Source: Gemmatimonadota bacterium
GTDB lineage: Bacteria; Latescibacterota; UBA2968; UBA8231
Length of the DNA stretch: 13,457 bases
Reading direction: 5' to 3'
Assembly: GCA_038128265.1 (NCBI GenBank)
Contig: JAYPJE010000086.1
Span: 1-13,457 of the forward strand
Numbering within the stretch: position 1 is the first letter of the stretch; each line of letters begins with the position of its first letter. Below are positions 1-7,704 of the stretch, piece after piece. A program made the position numbers and the translations under genes. The notes beneath the pieces were generated by a model. It was not told the origin of the DNA. It worked only from the letters and a program-made list of their open reading frames with translations, and searched no databases.

Positions 1-97
1 CGTACGCTATCCGACGAGGCCATACGCGAATGTGAAACGCGGGATTGGCTGTCAGAAGCCGCAGCAAAAGCGGAGCAGATGCGTCGTGAGGAACAAC

Positions 98-1201
98 ATG
101 TCCAATAGAGCAGCACATACACTACACGCCTATTTTGCATGCGTATCTGCACTCATTGTCCTAGTGAGCTGCAGCGGCGATAGCGGGGTCGCACCTGACG
201 GCGAAGGCGGCTGCGAGACGCGCATACTCAACGGCAACTACATCATACGCTCGGTGCGCGATATCGATGCATTAGAGCGCGCCGGTGGCTGCAGTTACAC
301 CATTGCCGGCAATTTGGAAATCACCGAAGTGCTAGTAAAATCGCTGGATGGCTTGGCCGATCTGGGTGCAGTCAACGGCGATATACGCATTTACAACAAC
401 GAAGAACTGCAGCGCTTCGAAGGCCTTGCCGACCTGACAACTGTCGGCGGCAGCGTCTATATCTACGACAACGAGGAGCTAACCTCAGTTGAGGGATTAT
501 TTATCCAAACAGTCAGCGGTGACGTACAAATCCACCACAACGAAAAGCTTTTAGACATCGCCGCACTTTCCAAACTGGTCAGCACGGGCGGCAGCGTGCA
601 CATCCACAACAACAACCGTTTGGCCAATATAGAGGACCTATTCAACCTAGAGCGCGTCGAAGGCCATTTGCTAATCGAGTTTAACCCCGCCATCGAGCAG
701 ATTGAAGATCTTTCAAAGCTGGTGACGGTCGGCGGAGATCTGGCTATCGAAAACAACTTCGCTCTGGAAGTAATTGAAGATGTGTCGGGACTGCAGTCGG
801 TAGGCGGCGCCCTGCGCATCGGACGCAATGCCACGCTAGATCGCTTGGAAAATATGACCGGGTTGGCCAGCGTGGGCGGCGACTTGAGTATCTACAGCAA
901 CGAGCGCCTCACCAGCGTGAGCGGCCTGTCGAACCTACAAATGGTCGGTGGAAACTTCAACGTCTATAACAACGAAAAACTTACCAACCTGCAGGGAGTC
1001 AACGCGCTGGTCGAGGTGGGAAATGATCTGAATATCTACGGCAACAACCGACTGCAGAGCGTTGCCGGCCTAGCGGGTCTCACGCGCATTGGCGGCAACT
1101 TTTTCATCGTCGACAATCCCGGACTGCCTACGCGAGAAGCAGAAGAACTGGCCAATCGCGTGGCCTCGCGCGACGTATCGATCCTCAACAACGGCAACTA
1201 A
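98..1201 (+). CDS. Putative lipoprotein with tandem receptor L-domain-like (leucine-rich beta-helix) repeats
   Basis: ATG at 98 follows GAGGA (88-92). A hydrophobic stretch ends in a lipobox-like LVS-C, followed by an SGDSG linker. About 12 repeats of ~24 aa with consensus xxVGGxLxIxxNxxLxxlxGLxxL. The upstream GTG at 32 adds only a non-signal-like extension. Confidence 0.85.
   Translation: MSNRAAHTLHAYFACVSALIVLVSCSGDSGVAPDGEGGCETRILNGNYIIRSVRDIDALERAGGCSYTIAGNLEITEVLVKSLDGLADLGAVNGDIRIYNNEELQRFEGLADLTTVGGSVYIYDNEELTSVEGLFIQTVSGDVQIHHNEKLLDIAALSKLVSTGGSVHIHNNNRLANIEDLFNLERVEGHLLIEFNPAIEQIEDLSKLVTVGGDLAIENNFALEVIEDVSGLQSVGGALRIGRNATLDRLENMTGLASVGGDLSIYSNERLTSVSGLSNLQMVGGNFNVYNNEKLTNLQGVNALVEVGNDLNIYGNNRLQSVAGLAGLTRIGGNFFIVDNPGLPTREAEELANRVASRDVSILNNGN
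299..1129 (+). repeat. Protein-level tandem repeat, ~12 x 24 aa (~72 nt), degenerate at DNA level
   Basis: Units include ASVGGDLSIYSNERLTSVSGLSNL, QMVGGNFNVYNNEKLTNLQGVNAL, VEVGNDLNIYGNNRLQSVAGLAGL and VTVGGDLAIENNFALEVIEDVSGL. Confidence 0.9.
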
Positions 1202-1208
1202 ACCCCAA

Positions 1209-1682
1209 CTAGGGTGCCTCAGCTGCCGTCGATTCGATGCCGAGCAGCTCAATTTCAAATACCAGAACCGCGCAGCCGGGAATATCAAACTTTTTACCCT
1301 TTCGTCCGTAGGCCAGTGCGGGCGGAATTGTCAGCTTCGCTTTACCCCCGTTTTTCATCATCTGCAGTCCCTCGACCCAGCCCGGTATCGCCTTTTCCAG
1401 AGAAATTTTACGCGGACTGCGATAGGTCGCCGTATAGTCAAAGACCGTGCTGTCGGTGAGCATGCCCGTGTAGCGCACAAATACTTTGTCGGTGGGACCA
1501 GGGCTGGGGCCGAGTCCGGCCTTGAGCTCTTCAAAAATCAGGCCAGAAGGCGTGCGCACCGCGCCGGGCGCGGCGGCAGCCGCATCGAGAAACGCAGAAT
1601 CGACCTGCTCTGCGCAGGGGTCGCCGCAGCCGATTAGTGCCGCAGCCAAGGGAATGAGGGTCGAGGCGAGCATTGGATGCAT
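1209..1682 (-). CDS. FKBP-type peptidyl-prolyl cis-trans isomerase (Mip/FkpA-like), probable lipoprotein
   Basis: FKBP motifs TPSGLIFEEL, VRYTGML, VFD, IPGWVEGLQMM, LTIPPALAYG and LVFEIELL. ATG at 1682 follows GGGAGAAG. Signal with lipobox-like LIG-C. Confidence 0.93.
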   Translation of the reverse strand: MHPMLASTLIPLAAALIGCGDPCAEQVDSAFLDAAAAAPGAVRTPSGLIFEELKAGLGPSPGPTDKVFVRYTGMLTDSTVFDYTATYRSPRKISLEKAIPGWVEGLQMMKNGGKAKLTIPPALAYGRKGKKFDIPGCAVLVFEIELLGIESTAAEAP

Positions 1683-1717
1683 AGGACTTCTCCCGATGTA
1701 TCTTTTTTTAGTATGCG

Positions 1718-2590
1718 CTAGGTATCTGACGCCATGCGGCGCAGCACTTCGACAACGGCGGCGTTGTCCCAATCACCCAGCCCCTCGGCCAAACCGCGGC
1801 CCAGCACCTGCGCATGCACTTCGCTCAGCGGCAGCGGAGCCGCACAGCGCCCGGCCAAGGACCGTATTAATTCAACGTCTTTGGCGTGCTGTGCAAGGCG
1901 CGCTTGGGGTGCAAATTCGCCGTCGACCATCTTCTGCCCCTTGTGGTCCATAACGCGCGAGTACGCAGCACCCGCTTTGAGCACATCGAGCAGTGCGTTG
2001 AGATTAATACCGGCGCGCTCACCCAAGACCAATCCCTCGGCAAGAACCAGCCGGTTGAGTCCTAGCACCAGATTGACGACGAGCTTGGCTTCGGCCCCTT
2101 TGCCGTTGGCGCCCATGTGAAACACCGAGCGCGCAAACGCATTGAATACGTCATCGCACGCGCGCACGTCGGCCACAGCACCGCCGGCCATCACCAGCGC
2201 ATCCCCCTCACGCACCTGCTGACTCGAGCCGAGAATGGTCGCATCGACAAAGTGCACCTCGCTTGCGCGCAGCTGCTGTGCTAATGACACCGTGGCAAGC
2301 GGATCGGCCGTCGTCGTATCAATCAACGCATCGCCAGCCCGCATGGCGGCCAGCATTCCATATTCGCCCAAAACGACCCTGTCGACCACGGCTGAGTTGG
2401 GTAGCGAAAGAACGGTGCGGCGCGCGCGCGCAGCGACTTCAGCCGGCGAAGAGCACGCTGCTACACCCAGTCGACGGGCACGAGCGAGTGCGTCGCCGTC
2501 TATATCAAATCCACACAGCGACCATCCGGCGCGCGTAAAGCGCTCACAGAGCGCCGAGCCGACCAGACCTAACCCTATGATACCCAACAT
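1718..2590 (-). CDS. NAD(P)-dependent oxidoreductase, 3-hydroxyisobutyrate/beta-hydroxyacid dehydrogenase family
   Basis: Rossmann motif GIIGLGLVG, LSLP, IDTTT, DATILGS (variant of DAPVSGG), catalytic Lys in GAEAKLVVN, C-terminal FAPQARLAQHAKD. Strong RBS GGAGAAAGGA upstream. Confidence 0.92.
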   Translation of the reverse strand: MLGIIGLGLVGSALCERFTRAGWSLCGFDIDGDALARARRLGVAACSSPAEVAARARRTVLSLPNSAVVDRVVLGEYGMLAAMRAGDALIDTTTADPLATVSLAQQLRASEVHFVDATILGSSQQVREGDALVMAGGAVADVRACDDVFNAFARSVFHMGANGKGAEAKLVVNLVLGLNRLVLAEGLVLGERAGINLNALLDVLKAGAAYSRVMDHKGQKMVDGEFAPQARLAQHAKDVELIRSLAGRCAAPLPLSEVHAQVLGRGLAEGLGDWDNAAVVEVLRRMASDT

Positions 2591-2677
2591 GTGCCGTTTC
2601 CTTTCTCCGCAATACTAAACAGCCCACTGTAGACGGGCAACGTAGCGCGCACACGCACAGCGATATAGCTTAGAGGC

Positions 2678-3775
2678 ATGGACTTCTACAGAGCAATCGT
2701 TCGACCGCTGCTCTTTTCCTGCGACGCCGAATGGATACACAACCGTGCGCTCGACGCCGGTGCGGCCTTCGGTGCGACCCAGCTAGGCCGGACGCTGCTG
2801 CGCGGTCTATTTGCCTACGACGACCCATGCCTGCACACGGACGTGGCCGGACTGTCCTTTTCCAACCCCCTAGGTCTGGCCGCCGGCTTTGACAAAAACG
2901 GACGTTCCATTCGCGCGCTGGATGCCCTGGGCTTTGCCTCCGTTGAGGTCGGCTCGGTATCAGCCCATCCGTCGCAGGGCAACGCCAAGCCACGCCTCTT
3001 TCGCCTGCCGGAAGACGAGGCCATCGTCGTCAACTACGGCGTGCCCAACGAAGGGTCACAGGCCGTTGCTCGCCGCGTGCACAACAGCGGACTAAACGGC
3101 CTACTCGGCGTCAATCTAGTCGAAACCAATACCGGCCATGCGCTCGAAGGCGATGCCGTCGTAGTCGAATTCGTCGAGGCGGTGCGCCCCTTCTGCGGCG
3201 TGGCTGACTACATCGCGCTCAATCTCAACTGCCCCAATACTACGGGCGGTCGCAGCCCCTTTGATGACGAGTCCCTGCTGCACACCCTTATGCTGGAATA
3301 TGCGCGCATAGAGGCACTGCCACCCGTTTTTTTGAAGTTTACTGCACACGCCGAAGGTGCGCGTATGGAAGCCATGCTGCGCGCGGTAGAGCACTGTGAT
3401 TTTGTGCGGGGTTTTATTTTCAACCTGCCGCCGGGCACCGACTACTCGCTGCGCTCACCGGCATCAACCGTAGAGCGCATGCCGGGCACGCTGTGCGGAC
3501 CGCCCACGCAGGAGCGCATGGACGCGGCGCTGCGCTTCTGGTATCGCCATATAGACCGCCAGCGCCATGCCATCATCGGTTCGGGCGGGGTGCGCACGGC
3601 CGAAGACGCCTATCGCAAGATCCGCTTGGGCGCTTCGCTGGTTCAGCTTTATACGGCGCTAGTCTACCGCGGCCCTTCTCTGGTAGGACAGATCAACCGC
3701 GGCTTGGTCGACTGTTTGCAGCGCGACGGCTTGCGCTGCATTAGCGAAGCGGTGGGCCTGGATAACGGCCGCTGA
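2678..3775 (+). CDS. pyrD: Dihydroorotate dehydrogenase-like flavoprotein, class 2 (quinone) architecture, divergent active site
   Basis: N-terminal quinone-binding-type helices (RPLLFSCDAEWIH), NPLGLAAGFDKNG, GNAKPRLFRLPEDEA, NLNCPNT, IIGSGGV, GASLVQLYTALVYRGP. AGAGG RBS. The family is clear, but true PyrD activity is uncertain (see findings). Confidence 0.85.
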   Translation: MDFYRAIVRPLLFSCDAEWIHNRALDAGAAFGATQLGRTLLRGLFAYDDPCLHTDVAGLSFSNPLGLAAGFDKNGRSIRALDALGFASVEVGSVSAHPSQGNAKPRLFRLPEDEAIVVNYGVPNEGSQAVARRVHNSGLNGLLGVNLVETNTGHALEGDAVVVEFVEAVRPFCGVADYIALNLNCPNTTGGRSPFDDESLLHTLMLEYARIEALPPVFLKFTAHAEGARMEAMLRAVEHCDFVRGFIFNLPPGTDYSLRSPASTVERMPGTLCGPPTQERMDAALRFWYRHIDRQRHAIIGSGGVRTAEDAYRKIRLGASLVQLYTALVYRGPSLVGQINRGLVDCLQRDGLRCISEAVGLDNGR

Positions 3776-3788
3776 CGCAGTCGCATTC

Positions 3789-3829
3789 AAAAAAGAGCGC
3801 TGCGCCAGAGCAGTGTCCGGCGCAGCGCT
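3789..3829 (-). terminator. Rho-independent terminator downstream of the lactonase gene
   Basis: Minus strand reads AGCGCTGCGCC-GGA-CACTGC-TCT-GGCGCAGCGCT-CTTTTTT: an 11-bp perfect stem (14 bp with one G-U), a 6-nt loop and a U-tract. It lies between convergent genes. Confidence 0.85.
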
Positions 3830-3848
3830 AGCGGCAACTTCTATTGCT

Positions 3849-4862
3849 TTACTGCTTCTTCACAAAAGTAATCCACAGCGGGCTCTCACCCACTTCATGC
3901 TGTTCCAACGGCTCCAACGCACCGCTCTCCGTATCGATCGCGTAGGACTGCAGGCGCCCCGATCCCTGTCCGACCGAATAGAGAAAGCGGCCGCTTGGGT
4001 CGATGGCAAAGAAGCGCGGCGTTTCCTCGGTGGGATAGTGGCCTTTAGCCTCCAAGGTCCCATCTTCACCAATGGAAAAGAGCGCCAGCGAATCGTGCCC
4101 GCGATTGGATCCGTAGAGAAATTTACCGTCGGGCGTGATATCGATCTCTGCCGTCGTGTTGCCCTCGACCGGTCGACCGCCAGGCAGCGTCGAAATCACC
4201 TGAAACGATTCGAGCGTGCCACCTTCTGCATCAAAGCGGTGGGCCGATACCGTGCTGCCGTTTTCGTTGATTGAGTAGAGCAGATCTCTGTGCGGATGGA
4301 AGGCAAAGTGACGCGGTCCCTCGGGCGTAGCCGGCTCTATTTTGGGCGGATCGTTGGGCGCGAGCTGACCGGTGCGTTCGTCAAAGCGAAACTGATAAAT
4401 CGCATTGGCTGGGTTGGTGTGTGGCACAAAAGCAAAGCGGTTGGCCCGATCCGTCTGAATGCTGTGCGCATGACCGTCCGTCTCCAGCGTCTGCAGCGGC
4501 TCGGGCGACAGCGTTTGATCGTCGTTGATACCGTGCACGCAGACCTGACCGCCGCCGTAGTAGGACGACAGCAGAAAGCGACCGGTATTGTCGACGTAGA
4601 GATAGGGCGGTCCCTCTTCTTGCCCGCTTGTACCGACCTGCGTCAGCTGACCAGAGCCTGCATCGATGCGGTAACTCGCCAAATACTTGGCGGCGCGCAG
4701 GGCGACAAACATATGCGACTGGTCTGGACTAACCGCCACGGCGCCGGGCGCAGCGGGCAGCTCAATGTCGGGCTGTTTCTCTAAACGGCCGCTGCTCTCA
4801 TCCATAATGAAGTAGGAGAAGAACGCGCTCGCGGCATTCGAAATGTAGACGTGGTAAGCCAT
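3849..4862 (-). CDS. Lactonase, 7-bladed beta-propeller (6-phosphogluconolactonase Pgl/YbhE family)
   Basis: Motifs HAHSI, GPRHFAFHP, LYSINE, AEIDITPDGKFLYGSNRGHDSLALF and PRFFAIDPSGRFLY. 337 aa, no signal peptide, RBS AGAGGAG. Confidence 0.92.
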   Translation of the reverse strand: MAYHVYISNAASAFFSYFIMDESSGRLEKQPDIELPAAPGAVAVSPDQSHMFVALRAAKYLASYRIDAGSGQLTQVGTSGQEEGPPYLYVDNTGRFLLSSYYGGGQVCVHGINDDQTLSPEPLQTLETDGHAHSIQTDRANRFAFVPHTNPANAIYQFRFDERTGQLAPNDPPKIEPATPEGPRHFAFHPHRDLLYSINENGSTVSAHRFDAEGGTLESFQVISTLPGGRPVEGNTTAEIDITPDGKFLYGSNRGHDSLALFSIGEDGTLEAKGHYPTEETPRFFAIDPSGRFLYSVGQGSGRLQSYAIDTESGALEPLEQHEVGESPLWITFVKKQ

Positions 4863-4991
4863 ATACCTAACTCCTCTGTTTCATACGTGGGATTGTCAGT
4901 CCCGTGAATATGTGCTTTTTTGCCTAGCGTCGAAAGGTACGCACGCTCTTCCGACCTACTCTCCACAGCAAACCGTCTGAGGTATGCGCCC

Positions 4992-6410
4992 ATGACCAAC
5001 CTGCTCTTTATAACGACCGATCAGCAGCGCTGGGACAGCCTGCCATGCTACGGTCTCGACTTTATGCAGACGCCGCACATCGATCGCCTAGCGGCTGAGG
5101 GGCACGTATTTGACCATGCCTACGTCGCCGCGCCCGTGTGCGTTCCCTGCCGCGCCTCTATGCTCAGCGGCCGCTGGCCCACGGCCCACGGCGTGCTGGG
5201 CAACTCGGCTTGGCTCGACGATAGCACGCCAACCTGGCCTGCCCTATTGGGTGCAGCCGGCTACCGCACGGCCGCCATCGGTAAAATGCACTTCTATCCA
5301 TGGGATGCTTCGGGCGGCTTTCACGAGCGCATCAGCGCCGAGGACAAACGCCACGTTTACCTACCCGATGACCACGTAAAGTTTCTGCGTCAGCACGGCT
5401 TAGAGCGCGCCCACCCAACGGAGAATCCGGGCTATTTCGAACACCTCGGCGCGCCGGTCACGCCGCTGGACAAGCGCTTTCACGTCGACGGCTTTATTGG
5501 TGATCGCGCCGCCGAGTGGCTCGGTGCCCACGGCGACCAGCCTTTTGCCGCGTGGGTGAGCTTTGCCGGTCCACACGATCCCTACGACCCACCGGCAGAT
5601 ATGGCAGCTATGTATTACGACGCCCCCATTCCCAAACCTATTGGCGCACGCGACGAACTAGCCGACAAACCCGCGGCGCAGCACAGCGCCGGCGATGCGC
5701 GCAACAACTCGATGTTTCGCATCGACATGCGCAACCCAACGCCCGAGCAGGTGCGACGCTGGCGCGCGCACTACTACGCCAATATCAGCCTGATTGACGA
5801 AGGCATTGGCAACATGCTGGCTGCGCTCGAAGCACACGGCACGCTGGACGATACGCTGATCGTCTTTACCAGCGATCACGGCGATGCGCTAGGCGATCAC
5901 GGCCTAGTATTCAAGAGCTTTTTCTACGACAGTATGGCACGCGTACCGCTTATCGCGCGCGGTCCAGGCGTACAGAAGGGCGCACGCAGCAGTAGCTTAG
6001 TCAGCACCATCGACCTGGTGCCGCTCTTTTACGATGTATGCGGTGTCACCCCGCCGCAGGGTCTACAGGGAAACAACCTGCGTGCCCTGCTCAACGACCC
6101 CGATGGCATACTCCGCGCGCGCGTGTTCAGCGAATTACAGGGACGTACTATGGTGCGCGACGCCTCGTTTAAGTATGTATTCTACGATACGGGCGAGGCC
6201 GAGCTCTACGATATGATCGACGGCGACGAGACGGAGAACCTAGCTGGGCACAGCGCATATGCCGAGGTCGAGCACCGCATGCGTGCCCATCTCTTGCAAC
6301 ACGGCTTTGACAACCAGCGATCGTTCGCCGCCCAGCGCGCCGTGCCGCACCATCCCTACCGCGCAGCCTTAGAACAGGCATACGCACAGCAGAGAAGCAT
6401 TACCGAATAA
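4992..6410 (+). CDS. Formylglycine-dependent (Cys-type) sulfatase, cytoplasmic, arylsulfatase/choline-sulfatase-like
   Basis: NLLFITTDQQR, CVPCRASMLSG (CxPxR at 5139-5153), GYRTAAIGKMH, PHDPY, FTSDHGD and RVPLI. ATG 4992 follows GAGGT. No signal peptide. Confidence 0.95.
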   Translation: MTNLLFITTDQQRWDSLPCYGLDFMQTPHIDRLAAEGHVFDHAYVAAPVCVPCRASMLSGRWPTAHGVLGNSAWLDDSTPTWPALLGAAGYRTAAIGKMHFYPWDASGGFHERISAEDKRHVYLPDDHVKFLRQHGLERAHPTENPGYFEHLGAPVTPLDKRFHVDGFIGDRAAEWLGAHGDQPFAAWVSFAGPHDPYDPPADMAAMYYDAPIPKPIGARDELADKPAAQHSAGDARNNSMFRIDMRNPTPEQVRRWRAHYYANISLIDEGIGNMLAALEAHGTLDDTLIVFTSDHGDALGDHGLVFKSFFYDSMARVPLIARGPGVQKGARSSSLVSTIDLVPLFYDVCGVTPPQGLQGNNLRALLNDPDGILRARVFSELQGRTMVRDASFKYVFYDTGEAELYDMIDGDETENLAGHSAYAEVEHRMRAHLLQHGFDNQRSFAAQRAVPHHPYRAALEQAYAQQRSITE

Positions 6411-6462
6411 CACGACCCGCCTGCACTCAACGCGCGGGCCACCCAACGAAAGCGATCCAGCA

Positions 6463-7704
6463 ATGAACGACGATATACAGACACTCCTTCAGCGCATCGA
6501 ACGCCCCCAGCTGACGATCCGCGCCGTCCGCGTAACGCCGATCACCTACAGACCCGCCGATGGCTCACCCATACACGAATGCGGGCCGGTGATTCTCAGC
6601 AAGCGCGACGAGGCAATTGTGGAGGTATGGACCGAAGAGGGCCTAAAGGGCATCGGACCCGGTGCCGTGGGCGATGCCCACCACAGCTACGACCATCTGA
6701 TCGGCCAAAACCCCTTTGACCTTTTGGGGACCGACGTAATTCCAGGCATCGACGTAGCCTGCTGGGATTTGGTAGGTCGCGCGCTCGGCCAACCAGTCTA
6801 CCGCCTTTTAGCGCTCGATGTAGAGCCCAACCCACGCGTGCATGTCTACGCCAGCGGCGGCGTTATGTGGACCTATTACGACCGCGGCGACGGCGGCGCC
6901 TGGGGCGCAGAAGCGCTTATCGAAGAGGCGCTGCGCTACCGAGAATTGGGCTTTGATACGTTCAAATGGCGGCCGGGCACCGATTGGGAAGAAGCCGGTA
7001 TCAACCCGCACAAACTGGGCGAAATCTGTCGGCAGCTGCGCGAAGCGGTAGGTGCACAATTTAAGCTCGGCTTAGAAAAAAAGGGCTACGATTCGTGGAC
7101 TTTTGCAGAGTGCTTAGAGATCGCACCCATCATCGATGAACTGGGCTTCTACTTTTTCGAGCAGCCCATGGGCGACGAGGGACCTTCCCAGTTTGCCGAC
7201 TACCGAACGCTCAAAGAGCGCATGCCGCGCGTTATGCTGTGGGGCGGCGAGCGCTTTCGCACCTACGAAGAGGCCGAGCCGTGGATGCGCGAGGGAATCT
7301 ATGATGCCGTGCAATCCGACTGCCTGCACATGGGCCTAACGCAGAATTGGCGCGTGGCCCAGCGCGCACGTGTCGCCGGCGTAAAAATGGTGCCGCACAA
7401 TTGGAGCACGAGTCTCGGCACCATGTGCAACGCGCACTTAGTAGCCGGCACCGGTGGCCATATGTGCGAGTTTTTTATGTACCCATCCGACTTTCGCTAC
7501 GGCCTTTTCAAAGAGCCCTACCGGCCGCACGAGGCACATATTGCGCTAGGAAACGAACCCGGCTTTGGCATGGAACTAATCGACGATTTTGCCGACCAAT
7601 TTCCCTACCAACCTGGGCCCAACACGCTGGCCAACCCGCGCTTTCCCCACGCGTGGAAACGGGCCCAAGAGCGCGAGCAGGCCGTGGTTTCTCGCTACGC
7701 TTAG
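6463..7704 (+). CDS. Enolase superfamily, mandelate racemase/muconate lactonizing enzyme family (probable acid-sugar dehydratase)
   Basis: VEVWTEEGLKGIG, GIDVACWDLVGRALGQPVYRLL, VYAS, GFDTFKWR, FFEQP, GGER, VQSD, VPHNW, CEF and PGFG. Confidence 0.9.
   Translation: MNDDIQTLLQRIERPQLTIRAVRVTPITYRPADGSPIHECGPVILSKRDEAIVEVWTEEGLKGIGPGAVGDAHHSYDHLIGQNPFDLLGTDVIPGIDVACWDLVGRALGQPVYRLLALDVEPNPRVHVYASGGVMWTYYDRGDGGAWGAEALIEEALRYRELGFDTFKWRPGTDWEEAGINPHKLGEICRQLREAVGAQFKLGLEKKGYDSWTFAECLEIAPIIDELGFYFFEQPMGDEGPSQFADYRTLKERMPRVMLWGGERFRTYEEAEPWMREGIYDAVQSDCLHMGLTQNWRVAQRARVAGVKMVPHNWSTSLGTMCNAHLVAGTGGHMCEFFMYPSDFRYGLFKEPYRPHEAHIALGNEPGFGMELIDDFADQFPYQPGPNTLANPRFPHAWKRAQEREQAVVSRYA

Noticed and set aside
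32..97. Longer N-terminus of the repeat lipoprotein from GTG 32
   Set aside because: ATG 98 has a GAGGA RBS and puts the lipobox at a normal distance from the start.
400..800. Visibly lower GC in the first gene, suggesting foreign origin
   Set aside because: Largely explained by Asn/Ile/Glu-rich repeats. No mobility features, and I did not quantify it.
4882..4911. Imperfect inverted repeat (GGGA-TTGTCAG-TCCC core) in the lactonase/sulfatase divergent region
   Set aside because: The stem is short and mismatched, with no recognisable riboswitch or operator consensus.
6416..6438. CCCGC...GCGGG hairpin between the sulfatase and the enolase
   Set aside because: Only ~5 bp in GC-rich DNA and no U-tract, so it is not supportable as a terminator.
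7347..7703. 119-aa N-terminal extension of the RlmG ORF
   Set aside because: It overlaps the enolase in another frame with Arg/Pro-rich junk composition. RlmG homology begins at GTG 7704.
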